This document shows, piece after piece, positions 24,045 to 35,256 of a DNA stretch of 41,569 bases (the stretch's first letter is position 1; each line of letters starts with the position of its first letter). The stretch covers positions 11,613,504 through 11,655,072 of the forward strand of contig NC_068995.1 of the NCBI RefSeq assembly GCF_001194135.2, read 5' to 3'. This stretch comes from Octopus bimaculoides. Lineage: Eukaryota. The notes under the pieces were generated by a model that was given only the letters and a program-made list of their open reading frames with translations, searched no databases and had not been told where the DNA came from. Made by a program: the position numbers and the translations under genes.

Positions 24045-24195
24045 TTCGTGTGTCTGTGTTTGTCCTCCCCACCATTGCTTAACAACCGATGTCGGTGTGT
24101 TTACGTCATCGTTTCTTGGCGGTTCGGCAAAAACGATCGATAAATTGAGTACTAGGCTTACAAAGAATAAGTCCCTGGGTCGATTTGTTGACCAC
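24045..24195 (+). mobile_element. SINE family A 3' portion, truncated where the foldback element begins
   Basis: gtttgtcctccccaccattgcttaacaaccgatgtcggtgtgtttacgtc...ggttcggcaaaa...gtactaggcttacaaagaataagtcc. Confidence 0.85.
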
Positions 24196-24320
24196 TCCAT
24201 CTCTTTAGTGGCATTTGGTACACAAATGTTAACTGAGGCGTTCTTTGTCGTTTTCCTCTTGTTTTTCAGGTTTTTATTCTTCATAAATTCACTAAGGAAT
24301 TACTGTAGTTATTATTATTA

Positions 24321-24358
<38 letters not shown>

Positions 24359-24523
24359 GTATTTTTGACTTTTGCTTTGCATTTGCACAAGTTGACTCAA
24401 AGTTTCACCCAGAGACCTCAAGAGACAATAAAGTCAGAAGTTCATGTTGGTAACTTGTTGTCTCTTGAGGTCTTTGGGTGAAACTTGGAGTCAACTTGTA
24501 CAAATACAAAGCAAACGTCAAAC

Positions 24524-24578
<55 letters not shown>

Positions 24579-24703
24579 TACAGTTATCCCTTAGTATCTT
24601 TATGAAGAAAAGACACCCCAAAAAACAAAGGAAAACCGCAAAGAAAGCCTCGGTTAACATTTTGTACCAAATGTCACTAAAAAGATGGAGTGGTCACGAA
24701 TCG
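24181..24703. repeat. Long inverted repeat (foldback) with ~250-bp arms and a loop of about 18 nt
   Basis: 24181-24434 is the reverse complement of 24453-24703 (for example gagacctcaagagacaa / ttgtctcttgaggtct; actccatct / agatggagt), with (TAT)n and (ATA)n mirrored in the two arms. Confidence 0.93.
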
Positions 24704-25009
24704 AACGTACTTAATCAAAAGTCTTCAACAAAAATGGGTTCACCTGAGTCAAAGATAGAAGCAGCAAAAATACCGAAAAACAAATCACAGCAGCTACGGC
24801 TGCAAGAGCAACAGTTGCAATAGCAACGATAGTGACAATAACAGTAACAACAATACTAACAATAACAACCACAATAAGAAGAAGAACAACAACAAGCAGA
24901 CCTGAGATCGATTAAAAGACAATGTTAATCTCAATATTGCGGAAACGTAGTAAAAGTACTGTAAGTTAATCTCGAACGAAGCCTTACCGCTCCGTCCCTG
25001 CATCCCACA

Positions 25010-25560
25010 TCACCACCGTCACCGCCGCCGCCGCCGCCACCACCGTCATTGCCGCTCACGCCGCCGACGACACGACCACAAACCACCAGCACCAACAATT
25101 CCACNNNNNNNNNNNNNNNNNNNNNNNNNNNNNNNNNNNNNNNNNNNNNNNNNNNNNNNNNNNNNNNNNNNNNNNNNNNNNNNNNNNNNNNNNNNNNNNN
25201 NNNNNNNNNNNNNNNNNNNNNNNNNNNNNNNNNNNNNNNNNNNNNNNNNNNNNNNNNNNNNNNNNNNNNNNNNNNNNNNNNNNNNNNNNNNNNNNNNNNN
25301 NNNNNNNNNNNNNNNNNNNNNNNNCTGCCACCGCGCCGCCGCTGTCACCGCGCCGCCGCTGCCGCCACTGCCGCCACCGCCGCTGCGTTACCACCATCGC
25401 CGCTGCCGCTGAGGCCAGCACCACTATCGTCGCTACCGCTGCGACTATCGCCTCCGCTACCGCCGCCACTGCAACTCCACCGTTGCCGCCACCACTGCAG
25501 CTCCGCCGTTGCCTCCACCGCTGCGACCACCACAAACAACCATCACCACCACCACCATGG
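25010..25560. repeat. Degenerate (CCG/CCA)n GC-rich trinucleotide tract spanning a gap
   Basis: Directly visible; strongly GC- and CpG-rich against the AT-rich background. Confidence 0.92.
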
Positions 25561-26188
25561 TTGATTTTACTTCTCCCCGCACTGCCCCTTTCTTACAGTA
25601 TTTCTTCTATAATGGATAGTGTGATAACACCTCGTTAAGTGTGGCTTTTTGCTGTTGGGCCCAAAAGGATCGAACAATCGACATTCCGATAATTTCGCAG
25701 CTGTTTTTGATTGCCTTCCATGTTGAAGAAGGCAATTTTGTTTTCGTAATTACACGCGCGCTCCTACACACACGAACACACACATACACACTCAGAGGCG
25801 CGAGATGTTTATTTTTATCTCTGTATCTCTCTTGCACTCTCTTCGTCTTACTCCTTCTTTTCTTACCCCCTTTTCTCTCTCATTTTCCCCTTATTATCCC
25901 TTCTTATCTCATCCCATCTCCCACTCTCTGTGTTTGCTTATCTTGTTTGCTGTTCCTTTATTTCTCTCCCTTTCTACCTCCCTTTCCCTCAACTCCGCCA
26001 CTCTCACTTTCTCGTTTTCCTTCATTTTTTCTCTCTATCTTCCTTGGCTTTGCACATAAACTCCCATAAACACATAAATATCCACAAAAACATACACACA
26101 TGATACACACATACATGCACACAAACGCACAAACACATAGTATATAATGAGACATCAGTTTAATAACGCATACATACATGTTTCTCTG

Positions 26189-26219
<31 letters not shown>

Positions 26220-26677
26220 TTCTCTCTTTCTCTCTATCTATATATATATATATATATATATATATNNNNNNNNNNNNNNNNNNNNNNNNNNNNNNNNNNN
26301 NNNNNNNNNNNNNNNNNNNNNNNNNNNNNNNNNNNNNNNNNNNNNNNNNNNNNNNNNNNNNNNNNNNNNNNNNNNNNNNNNNNNNNNNNNNNNNNNNNNN
26401 NNNNNNNNNNNNNNNNNNNNNNNNNNNNNNNNNNNNNNNNNNNNNNNNNNNNNNNNNNNNNNNNNNNNNNNNNNNNNNNNNNNNNNNNNNNNNNNNNNNN
26501 NNNNNNNNNNNNNNNNNNNNNNNNNNNNNNNNNNNNNNNNNNNNNNNNNNNNNNNNNNNNNNNNNNNNNNNNNNNNNNNNNNNNNNNNNNNNNNNNNNNN
26601 NNNNNNNNNNNNNNNNNNNNNNNNNNNNNNNNNNNNNNNNNNNNNNNNNNNNNNNNNNNNNNNNNNNNNNNNNNNNN

Positions 26678-26716
<39 letters not shown>

Positions 26717-26809
26717 GCTCTACGTGCGTGTCTGCCTATGCGTATGTGTGTGTGTGCTTTGACTGTGTGTGTGTATGTGTGTATACTTACCTGCATACAT
26801 GTAAATGTG

Positions 26810-27145
26810 AGTGCTTGCGAATTCGGGTCTGATAATCTACGTACGTGCATGATGCGTGAGAACGAAAAGCATATCGGTATATTTGCATAATTAACGAGCT
26901 GGGAGCTTCCTCTAAAGAGCGAATATTATAGAGGCAGTTGACTTTCATATCCAATACAAAGCAGAGGGATTACACTCGGGTTGGTGGTTGACATGGAAGA
27001 TGGAACTATGTTTGTATAGATGCGTTTTGGGGAAATTTATAACGATGAAATATTCACTGTTTTTCCTCGTATTTTACTAATTTAATGATCTTTCAGTTGT
27101 TTTTGGACAAATTTCTATTACCTTTTTGTTTATTTGAAGTATAAT
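26810..27145 (+). repeat. Unclassified ~300-bp repeat, direct copy 2
   Basis: See 21640-21940. Confidence 0.8.
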
Positions 27146-27714
27146 TCTTTGTGACAAACACTGTACGTTGTATTAATATTTGAATATATAGAGAGATGCG
27201 TTTTGAGTTCATCACTAAGTGCTTGGGGGCGCGTATTTATGCTATTGCTAGCATTAATGCGTTAAATAGAATTATTTGCTCAATCTCTCTTGACCAGAAG
27301 GCTATATGGTATTGGATTGAATAAACTACATATGGAATTAGGAATTGCCTTATCGAATCCCGAACAATATTAAAAGGTGTTAAAACATGTTAAGAAAATG
27401 TTTTCAATAAAATGAAATATATTGTGCAGCAGAAATATTTTAAGCCCGAATTTGCATTGCAGATACATAATATATCTACCTGGCTGTCTGGCATTCATTC
27501 TCTTTTTTCACCTTATACGTACATATCAGGTCATTAAGAATGGAATGTCCCATTTTCTTTTGCACCAAGTTTGACAATCGTTAACTCTAATATTTTATTC
27601 TTTGTTTTACAACATTGAAGAATTACATTATCAGTTTTCGAAATGCAATTCATGGTGTCTGATTATATTGTGAGTTTTTTTTTTTTTTCTTGTAAATCAG
27701 TTTTTTGCGAACCC

Positions 27715-28258
27715 ATGGATAAATATAAATCCGTGTTGTTTCTGAATATGAGTTCCATAGTGGAACCAATGTATCCCAGACAGCTCGAAACATCAATGAA
27801 TAGTTTGGTGAAGATGTGGCGAATGAGCGCACATTACGTCGACGGTCTGGTGACTGTACCCTTGAAAATCGGACCTGTGGTACCCTGACACCAAGGTGGA
27901 TAATTATGAGCGGGAAATTGTATTGGGAGCGGATATATCTCAACCTATGCGTGAGTTAGCAGCAAGGTATGATGTTTCGATTCCAACTGTATTGGACCAT
28001 CTGAAACAGATCGGCAAAGTAAAGAAACTGGACAAGTAGGCACCACACGAACTGAACGAGCATCAAATGACACGTCGTCTTGAAATTTGCTGTTCTTTAC
28101 TGTCACGGCAGAAAAGCGAACCATTTTTGCCCCGTATTGTCACGTGGAATGAGAAATGGATTCCTTTCAACAATAGCAAGCGTTCTGCATCGTGGCTGGA
28201 TAGAGACGAAGTAGCAAAACACAATCCAAGAAATAATATTCGCCAAAACAAAAAATGC
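27715..28258 (+). mobile_element. Mariner (DD34D, Mos1/Hsmar1-like) transposase pseudogene, N-terminal half
   Basis: MDK...YEFHSGTNVSQTARNINE*FGEDVANERT (HTH), MRELAARYDVSIPTVLDHLKQIGKVKKLDK*APHEL (WVPHEL motif), FLPRIVTWNEKWI (IVTxDEKW, D to N). Stops and frameshifts are present, and the sequence ends at a SINE. Confidence 0.92.
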
Positions 28259-28321
28259 TAGTGATGTCTGTATGGTGGTCCAGCGCTGGTGTCATCCACT
28301 ATAGCTTCATGAGACACACAA

Positions 28322-28359
<38 letters not shown>

Positions 28360-28361
<2 letters not shown>

Positions 28362-28522
28362 GACGGGCATCTTTCAGTTTCCATCTACCAAATACACTCA
28401 TAAGCCTTCGCTCGGCCCGAGGCTTTAGTACAAGACACTTGACCAAGGTGCCATGCAGTAGGAACGAACCCGGAACCATATGGTTGGGAAGCAAGCTTCT
28501 TACCACACAGCCACGCCTGCGC
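28360..28522 (-). mobile_element. SINE family A head and core
   Basis: ctttcagtttccatctaccaaat...aagacacttgaccaaggtgcc...gaacccggaaccat...taccacacagccacgcctgcgcc. Confidence 0.9.
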
Positions 28523-28904
28523 CAATATTATATCAATATCATCAGTCTCCTCTGAATTTCACGCTTAACTGCGTAGTTTCCGACTGTGAAGACAAGAGAA
28601 ACATTTTATAATTATAAGAAGTTATATGATGTTGCACTGGGACTCTGGCGTACGGTTCCACAGCAGAAACAGCTATAATTTAATCAAAGTAATTAAGTGA
28701 TGACTGTTCTTTTGTCTTTCGTTAATTAATTAATATTCCGCTGTGTACTGATACGCAGGTTTACTGCAAAATGTAAGTATATTGAATTCCAATAACTTGC
28801 TCTTATTACGCTTAAGCGAAATCGTTAAATATATAGATGTGTGTGTGTGTGTGAGTGTGTGTGTGTGTGAGTGTGTGTGTGTGTGTATGCGTGAGTGTGT
28901 GCAT

Positions 28905-29100
28905 CTTTGTGTCTGACAACCATTGTTGGTGTTTATATTCCCGTAACTTAGCAGTTGTGAATTAGAGACTGATCGAGTAAGTACCTGACTTTGAAGAAAG
29001 TACCAGAGTCGATTCATTTGACTAAAGATTGTTCGAGGTGGTGCCCCAGCTTGGCCGCAATCTAACGACAGAAACATTTCGAGGATAAACGATAAAAGAT
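28905..29100 (+). mobile_element. SINE family A 3' portion
   Basis: tgacaaccattgttggtgtttatattcccgtaacttagc...gtcgattcatttgactaaag...ggtgccccagcttggccgca. Confidence 0.8.
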
Positions 29101-29329
29101 GTGTGTGTATGAAAAGTTCATGCCGGGGGAGATAATCATTTTTTAAAAATAATATGTGGTGAGATTAGAAGTTTGTAAACAAATGCATTGAATGTACAAT
29201 TTATTTTACTATTGCTTGACTATTAAAAGTTGTTAGAATTTCTGGTCAGTGGTAAGCGGTTGTATCACTATTTTGTTCTTCCTAAAAATCATCAGTATGA
29301 ACATAACACGAAGTATATTATTTGAAAAT

Positions 29330-29425
29330 TTCTACAGCTGAGTGAACTGGAGCAACGTGAAATAAATTGTCTTGTTCAGCGACGCAACACACAGCCCAGT
29401 CCAGGAATCGAGCTCACAACCTCAT
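29330..29425 (-). mobile_element. SINE family C head and core fragment
   Basis: cagctgagtgaactggagcaacgtgaaataaattgtcttg...atcgagctcacaacc. Confidence 0.82.
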
Positions 29426-31393
29426 CTATGTACAAAATTTCCAGGATTCGAGAGAACCAGGTATTTAAATAGTGAATGCACCATGGTAGTGTCGACGACA
29501 CCGCGACTGTGTACGAACAATGCATAACGATAGATATACGTCATCACTAAAGTAAATACGGATTTGTTCCTGCAACCACAAGTGGCTGGCTGAACAGACA
29601 ACGTGTCATCAAAGACATACGTGGGTTCCACAGACTGTTCTCATTGCACCGTCGTCGATAGATTCCAAAACTAAATTTATTGAAGGTTCAGAGAAGTGTG
29701 TCCGCGTAAGGATTTGAAGTAGTTTGTTATATTTAAATAACGTGGTGTGTTTCTTTGCGTAACACCAAATATATATGNNNNNNNNNNNNNNNNNNNNNNN
29801 NNNNNNNNNNNNNNNNNNNNNNNNNNNNNNNNNNNNNNNNNNNNNNNNNNNNNNNNNNNNNNNNNNNNNNNNNNNNNNNNNNNNNNNNNNNNNNNNNNNN
29901 NNNNNNNNNNNNNNNNNNNNNNNNNNNNNNNNNNNNNNNNNNNNNNNNNNNNNNNNNNNNNNNNNNNNNNNNNNNNNNNNNNNNNNNNTATATATATATA
30001 TATATTCTTATGGACAAATACACACATATACACACTCACAGACGCAAACATACACACTCACAAATACATATGTATATCTATGTATATGTTACTGATCGGT
30101 AACATATATGAGGTATCTATATTCAAGGTGCTACGCTTTTTTGTTTTTGTTTTTGACAGAGAAACTAGTAAAACATCTACAAGCAGGAATCAAACTTACT
30201 TTGCTCACATCTACCATACTGGTATTGTTATCTTTCAGATAGAATTTCTGGTACATTGTTCGAAAGTGTTTATTTCGTAAATTATTTTACTGCGAGACAA
30301 AAGAAACAGCGTGTGGCTTGATGTGATATTTGTAATCGATAGCAAAGATAATCTTTATTTTCGATCTCTGAATTACATCCTGTGTCCATTAAGTCGATTC
30401 TTTTTTTATTGAATACTGACAAGAGAATTATGGGTAGGAAAATGACAATATCTTTTTCCCCCTCCAGCAATATACTCTTAACACTCAAGTGTATCATTAT
30501 ACAAGAGTTGAAAATAAAGACTGAGTTGGCCATTATGCGGAAATATCCGATTTTGTACGACGCGACAATTCCGGAGATAATCACGAGGACAATAAACATT
30601 GTAGTTTTCGTTGCTTAGACTTAGTTTAGTCTTCATTAAGCAGCTCTATGATTAACGGCTTCCAAACCGTGACCATTTCACCTTTTATTCAGTTTATATC
30701 CCGGATAACTTTTTCCATTTAAGATGGCAATGTTTTTTTTTCTTTTGTTGTATCATTATAACGATTTGGCTGCTATTTCTATCTGGGAAGACTAGTACAT
30801 AGACAATGTAAAGGATTAAATTAGTTATGTTATAAGTTTTATAATGTGAAAGTAATAACAAAGGAAACATTTGTCTTTCTTTTGCTTTATTCTATTGAGT
30901 TTAATATACCTCACCATTATGGGAACGACACAGAATTTTTATCAATGGGTTCGGGAAGTAGACATGGGAGGAGAGGCTGAAGGAAAGAAGGAAAAAAGCA
31001 TACACAGTAGGAGAAGGGATGATAGTGAAGACAAGGCACTAGCGGGGTGGGGATGAAGTATAACGGCTTGAAATCAGGGGTAGAATCATGTTTCTTTTTT
31101 TAAAATTTGACATGAAGTGATATATTTCTTTTGTGTCATTTCAGGTGACTCTTGAAGGATATTCAAAGTATTGCGATTCCAAGTCGCTTTCCAAATCTTG
31201 GCAATTGTTAATGAAAAAACTAATTTGAAGCTGTGTAGATAAACAAGGGAAAGAGAACAGCGCCAACATGAGATCAAAATCTCTACTCGAAGTCTCGTTG
31301 TTCTAGCACCTTCGGTTCCATATCTCTAAAATCACACCAAACCATCCTTAAATTTTGTCACAAGTCCAGGAATATTTAGGGTACCATCAAGCC

Positions 31394-31514
31394 CAGTGGT
31401 TCTCAATCAGGGCCTATATGACTATTAGGGGTCCATATGAGATTTTGCTGTTAAAATTTATCTGCAATATATTGGTTATATTTCTACAAAACGAAATATT
31501 ATTAAATTAAAGCA

Positions 31515-31549
<35 letters not shown>

Positions 31550-31590
31550 GAATGGCTATCATGGTCCAGGAAAGTAAAATAGTAACCATA
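31394..31590 (+). mobile_element. hAT-type MITE, left end intact, right end decayed, interrupted by (TA)n
   Basis: Begins CAGTGGTTCTCAA, a hAT/Charlie-like TIR, and is homologous to 16640-16727. Confidence 0.65.
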
Positions 31591-31644
31591 TATACAGAAA
31601 ATACTTCTTAAGCTCTCTGCTAATACAAACATACAAGGCTAATA

Positions 31645-31785
31645 AAAGGTCTTTTGACTGGTAGAGAACTTAATGTAATCCGAAGGCAATTTCCAAAGCG
31701 CAAGTCCATCAACAGTCGACGCTTATATTTTCATAGACTGATATAGAAGAGAAAGTATAAATGATGGACTTTTACATTTATTTAC
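31645..31785 (+). repeat. Left member of a 141-bp inverted repeat pair (partner 34514-34654)
   Basis: 31691-31761 is the exact reverse complement of 34538-34608 (71/71). The outer flank has 8 mismatches in 46 bp and the inner flank 2 in 24 bp. Confidence 0.95.
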
Positions 31786-31796
31786 TCTTGGCGTTA

Positions 31797-32000
31797 AAGG
31801 TCGAGAGCTGGCGGATTCGTTAGCACGCGGGAAGCAATACGTATTAGTATTTCTCCTGTCGCAACGTTGTGAGTTCAAACTCCGCTGAGGTCGACTTTGC
31901 TTTTCTTACTTTCGAGGTCGATAAATTAAATACCATAAAACACTGTAATCAATTATCTCAGTCCTCTAAATTTCAGGCCTTGTACCTATAATAGAAAGGA
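31797..32000 (+). mobile_element. SINE family B
   Basis: aaggtcgagagctggcggattcgttagcacg...gagttcaaactccgctgaggtcgactttgc...aatttcaggccttgtacct. Confidence 0.88.
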
Positions 32001-32153
32001 TTCATGCCTGGCATTTCTTTTGCCTCTTTACATTCTGAGTTCCATTCTCACCCAGGTTAATGTTATTTTTCATTCTTTCAGGGTTCATAATATCCCAATT
32101 AAATACTGGGATCTATGTAATTGACTAGACCTGTGTTTCTCAACAATAGGCAT

Positions 32154-32226
<73 letters not shown>

Positions 32227-32515
32227 GCATAAATACATACATGCATTGTCTGTGTATATGTATATATATATGTATACATTATACATATACGTATATACAC
32301 ACATATACCTTAGAGCTATGAAAGTGTTTAAGTATTTCAGTACATTTGTAGACCTTTGAAAAACATGAGTATAATGATTCACTTGTAAAATTCTATTCTA
32401 ATAATTTATATAAATAAATATACATTCACCATTTTCAAATGCTTTCATCTTAGTTTTTTTGCATCGTAGACTTGTTATTTATTCCAGAATTATAATACAT
32501 ACATGTACATACATA

Positions 32516-32552
<37 letters not shown>

Positions 32553-33080
32553 GTTCGCACGCGGACACACACGACTGTGCGCACACACATGCACACACAC
32601 ATGCACACACACATACATAAGCATGGATATATAATTGGCCAATTTGTGTATAATTCATATCACGACATTACAGGGAAACAACAAATGACTTTATAAGTAC
32701 CCCCTGAAACATAATACATAATGTTATGGTCGTTCAGTGTAAATATTTCGTTGTCTGCTCTACAGAAGGAAATATACGATTATAATTTTTCGGACTATTA
32801 ACTTCATCTTCATATTACAATAATTTTAAACTCTACTATTTGATGCAAACGTTCAGCTAGTTTATAGCTTGCATTTAGTCATCAGCAGAACATGAGAGAG
32901 TGGAGAGTGGAAGCTCATTGCATTAGTATAATGTCTACGAAAAAAACAAGGCCTCTTCTAAAATGACGGAAATGAAATACATTCTGTTATTCTATAATTG
33001 GTTTCAGTCAGAGGCCTTGGCCATGCTGGAGCACCATCATTAGCCATAACGCTTGCTTCCTTTTGATTCACTTCTCACAG

Positions 33081-33112
33081 GCTTTCTCACCGGAGTCAGG
33101 GCTGACAATGTA
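33081..33112 (+). CDS. Candidate 32-nt exon, (G)FLTGVRADNV
   Basis: Strong acceptor ttccttttgattcacttctcacag| and donor |GTGAGT. The phase-1 frame is open. No homology recognised. Confidence 0.27.
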
Positions 33113-33238
33113 GTGAGTTGGACAGAGGTACATGTAATGTTGTAGGTTCATATTTGGTGACTTGTTTGAGTATTTTAGCTCTTATTTGTAGCAAGCTGGT
33201 ACTTCGTATACCCTCTATTATAATTATTTATTAATTAT

Positions 33239-33270
<32 letters not shown>

Positions 33271-33405
33271 NNNNNNNNNNNNNNNNNNNNNNNNNNNNNN
33301 NNNNNNNNNNNNNNNNNNNNNNNNNNNNNNNNNNNNNNNNNNNNNNNNNNNNNNNNNNNNNNNNNNNNNNNNNNNNNNNNNNNNNNNNNNNNNNNNNNNN
33401 ACATA

Positions 33406-33568
33406 CGATGGGCTACTGAAAAGTCCCTGGCTTTAAGGGTATCGCGAAAGGGTATCCGAGTTCTTGTACAGTGAACCTGAGAGAGGAAAATGTTGAATAA
33501 AATCATAATTAACTGGTCCTCCTGTATTTTCTTTTACTTAAAGCCAGGAAGTTTTCAGTACCTTTTCA
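33406..33568. mobile_element. Mariner-type MITE with ~29-bp TIRs and TA target-site duplication
   Basis: Left TA-cgatgggctactgaaaagtccctggctttaag; right reverse complement TA-tgaaaaggtactgaaaacttcctggctttaag; non-coding interior. Confidence 0.85.
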
Positions 33569-33714
33569 TATATATTACTGCATATCTTCTGCATCTTCTC
33601 TCCTGGGAGTCGTTGTTTATGAGATTATAAATCTTCAAACTTAAGCTCGTGTACAGTGATGAGACAGATATATCAAACACTACATCCTGATTAGTTTACT
33701 AATATTCCATTGTT

Positions 33715-33830
33715 CCCGAAAGGATGAAAGGCAAAATAGACCGCGCTGGAATTTGAACATAAAGAGAAGGAAAGAATGGCGCTTAGCGTTTCCTCTGGCG
33801 TGCTAACCATTCTACTTGCTCACCGTCTTC
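33715..33830 (-). mobile_element. SINE family B fragment
   Basis: gaaaggatgaaaggcaaa...ggaatttgaac...ggcgtgctaaccattct. Confidence 0.8.
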
Positions 33831-34513
33831 GGTTCTCTAGTAATGATAATTAATATATACAAGAACTACAGTTAGTAATTATAATATTCTTTATGTATTT
33901 AGTAATAATACATTAAAGTAGAATATTGTTTATGTCCGTTTAGTTAGCTTTATTCCGAATGTATGTTTCTACTTCTAAATGATATTGCTCGCCGTGTAGA
34001 TTATCATAAAATGTTAAAACTTATTTACATTGATGCGCCGAATATAATTAGTTTTCTATCCTCGTTTTCCGAGACGTAGAGATTAATTAGCAGATAGTGA
34101 TGCATCATTATATCCTTGTTTTAATGCAAACATCTGCGTCGATATTTTTCTATTAGATGGAATTAATGTCATCTGGACAAGTATTTTTTCCAATTTATAC
34201 AGATATGTCAGAATTTTTCTATAGCTGAGCCACATTGCTGTCGATGTGTTTGTAGTTTAGCCCCAAGATGAGTCGGTTTCTAATTAACCAGATCTACGAT
34301 CCAAAACGTTCCGGTGATGTCCATCACGTCTCTAGGGAGTCTGTAATACTGGACTGTTTCATCCAACGAAGTATTTGTTTATGCGGTGTTTTGAAGGAAT
34401 AGCCAGACATTAGACACAGAGGCCTTTAGTTCAAATCGTGGGTGGCCGTGTCAATCAGATAAACAACTAATTCAGCCAACCGTGAAGTGGATGTTTTGTG
34501 AATGAACGACTAC

Positions 34514-34654
34514 GTAAATAAACGTAAAAGTCCATCGTTTATACTTTCTCTTCTATATCAGTCTATGAAAATATAAGCGTCGACTGTTGATGGACTTGCG
34601 CTTTGGAACTTGCCTTAGGATTACCTGAAGTTCTATACCAATCAAAAGTCCTTG
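34514..34654 (-). repeat. Right member of the 141-bp inverted repeat pair
   Basis: See 31645-31785. Confidence 0.95.
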
Positions 34655-35175
34655 ACCAAGAATGCTTAACTATGAGCTATCAAGCTTCATCTATACGTGA
34701 TCACTACAGCGGTTTCCAACAGTATCTTATTGTTACCGACAAGAAATGTCGCTGGCGCATCTCGCCCCATAAACAATCTTCCCTTGCTATCTGTAATCCC
34801 TCGATTATAAGTAAGTGTAAAGTACGTGTTATTCGTTGGGTTTCAACACACAGTTCAGTTACTCTTGCGATAAACTAGCTTTGATCTTTAATAGCGCTGA
34901 TTTCGATCATGGATTAGTTTCTCAGTTTACTATATTCTATTGAGCAATTAGAGATGAGTAAAAGCACCATAGCTCTAAAATGTGCCAATACGTACAAGAT
35001 CAGACAGTCAAGTTAATTTGGACTGCAAATATATTGTAGCGAATTTAGAATGTAAATCTGCTACTAACAGGGTGACGAACTGTTCATAGCCTATCACAGA
35101 AGCAGAAAGTAGGTTTTATTCCAAAGGCCAAGTCACTTAGCTCTCAAGGAGCTGGAGACTTTTGTCTATAAATAG

Positions 35176-35256
35176 GATCCATGGTTGGGAGAATTTATCA
35201 CTTTAAGTTTCAAGAGGAGCGTTTTAATTAATGAAGATTTCGAAAGCCTGGAATTG
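35176..35256 (+). CDS. Candidate symmetric 81-nt exon, DPWLGEFITLSFKRSVLINEDFESLEL
   Basis: Acceptor cttttgtctataaatag|G and donor TTG|GTGAGT. Only the phase-0 frame is stop-free. No homology recognised. Confidence 0.3.

Noticed and set aside
31145-31228. Strong acceptor (ttttgtgtcatttcag) followed by VTLEGYSKYC...
   Set aside because: The frame ends in a stop after 27 codons with no good donor, and the other two frames stop immediately.
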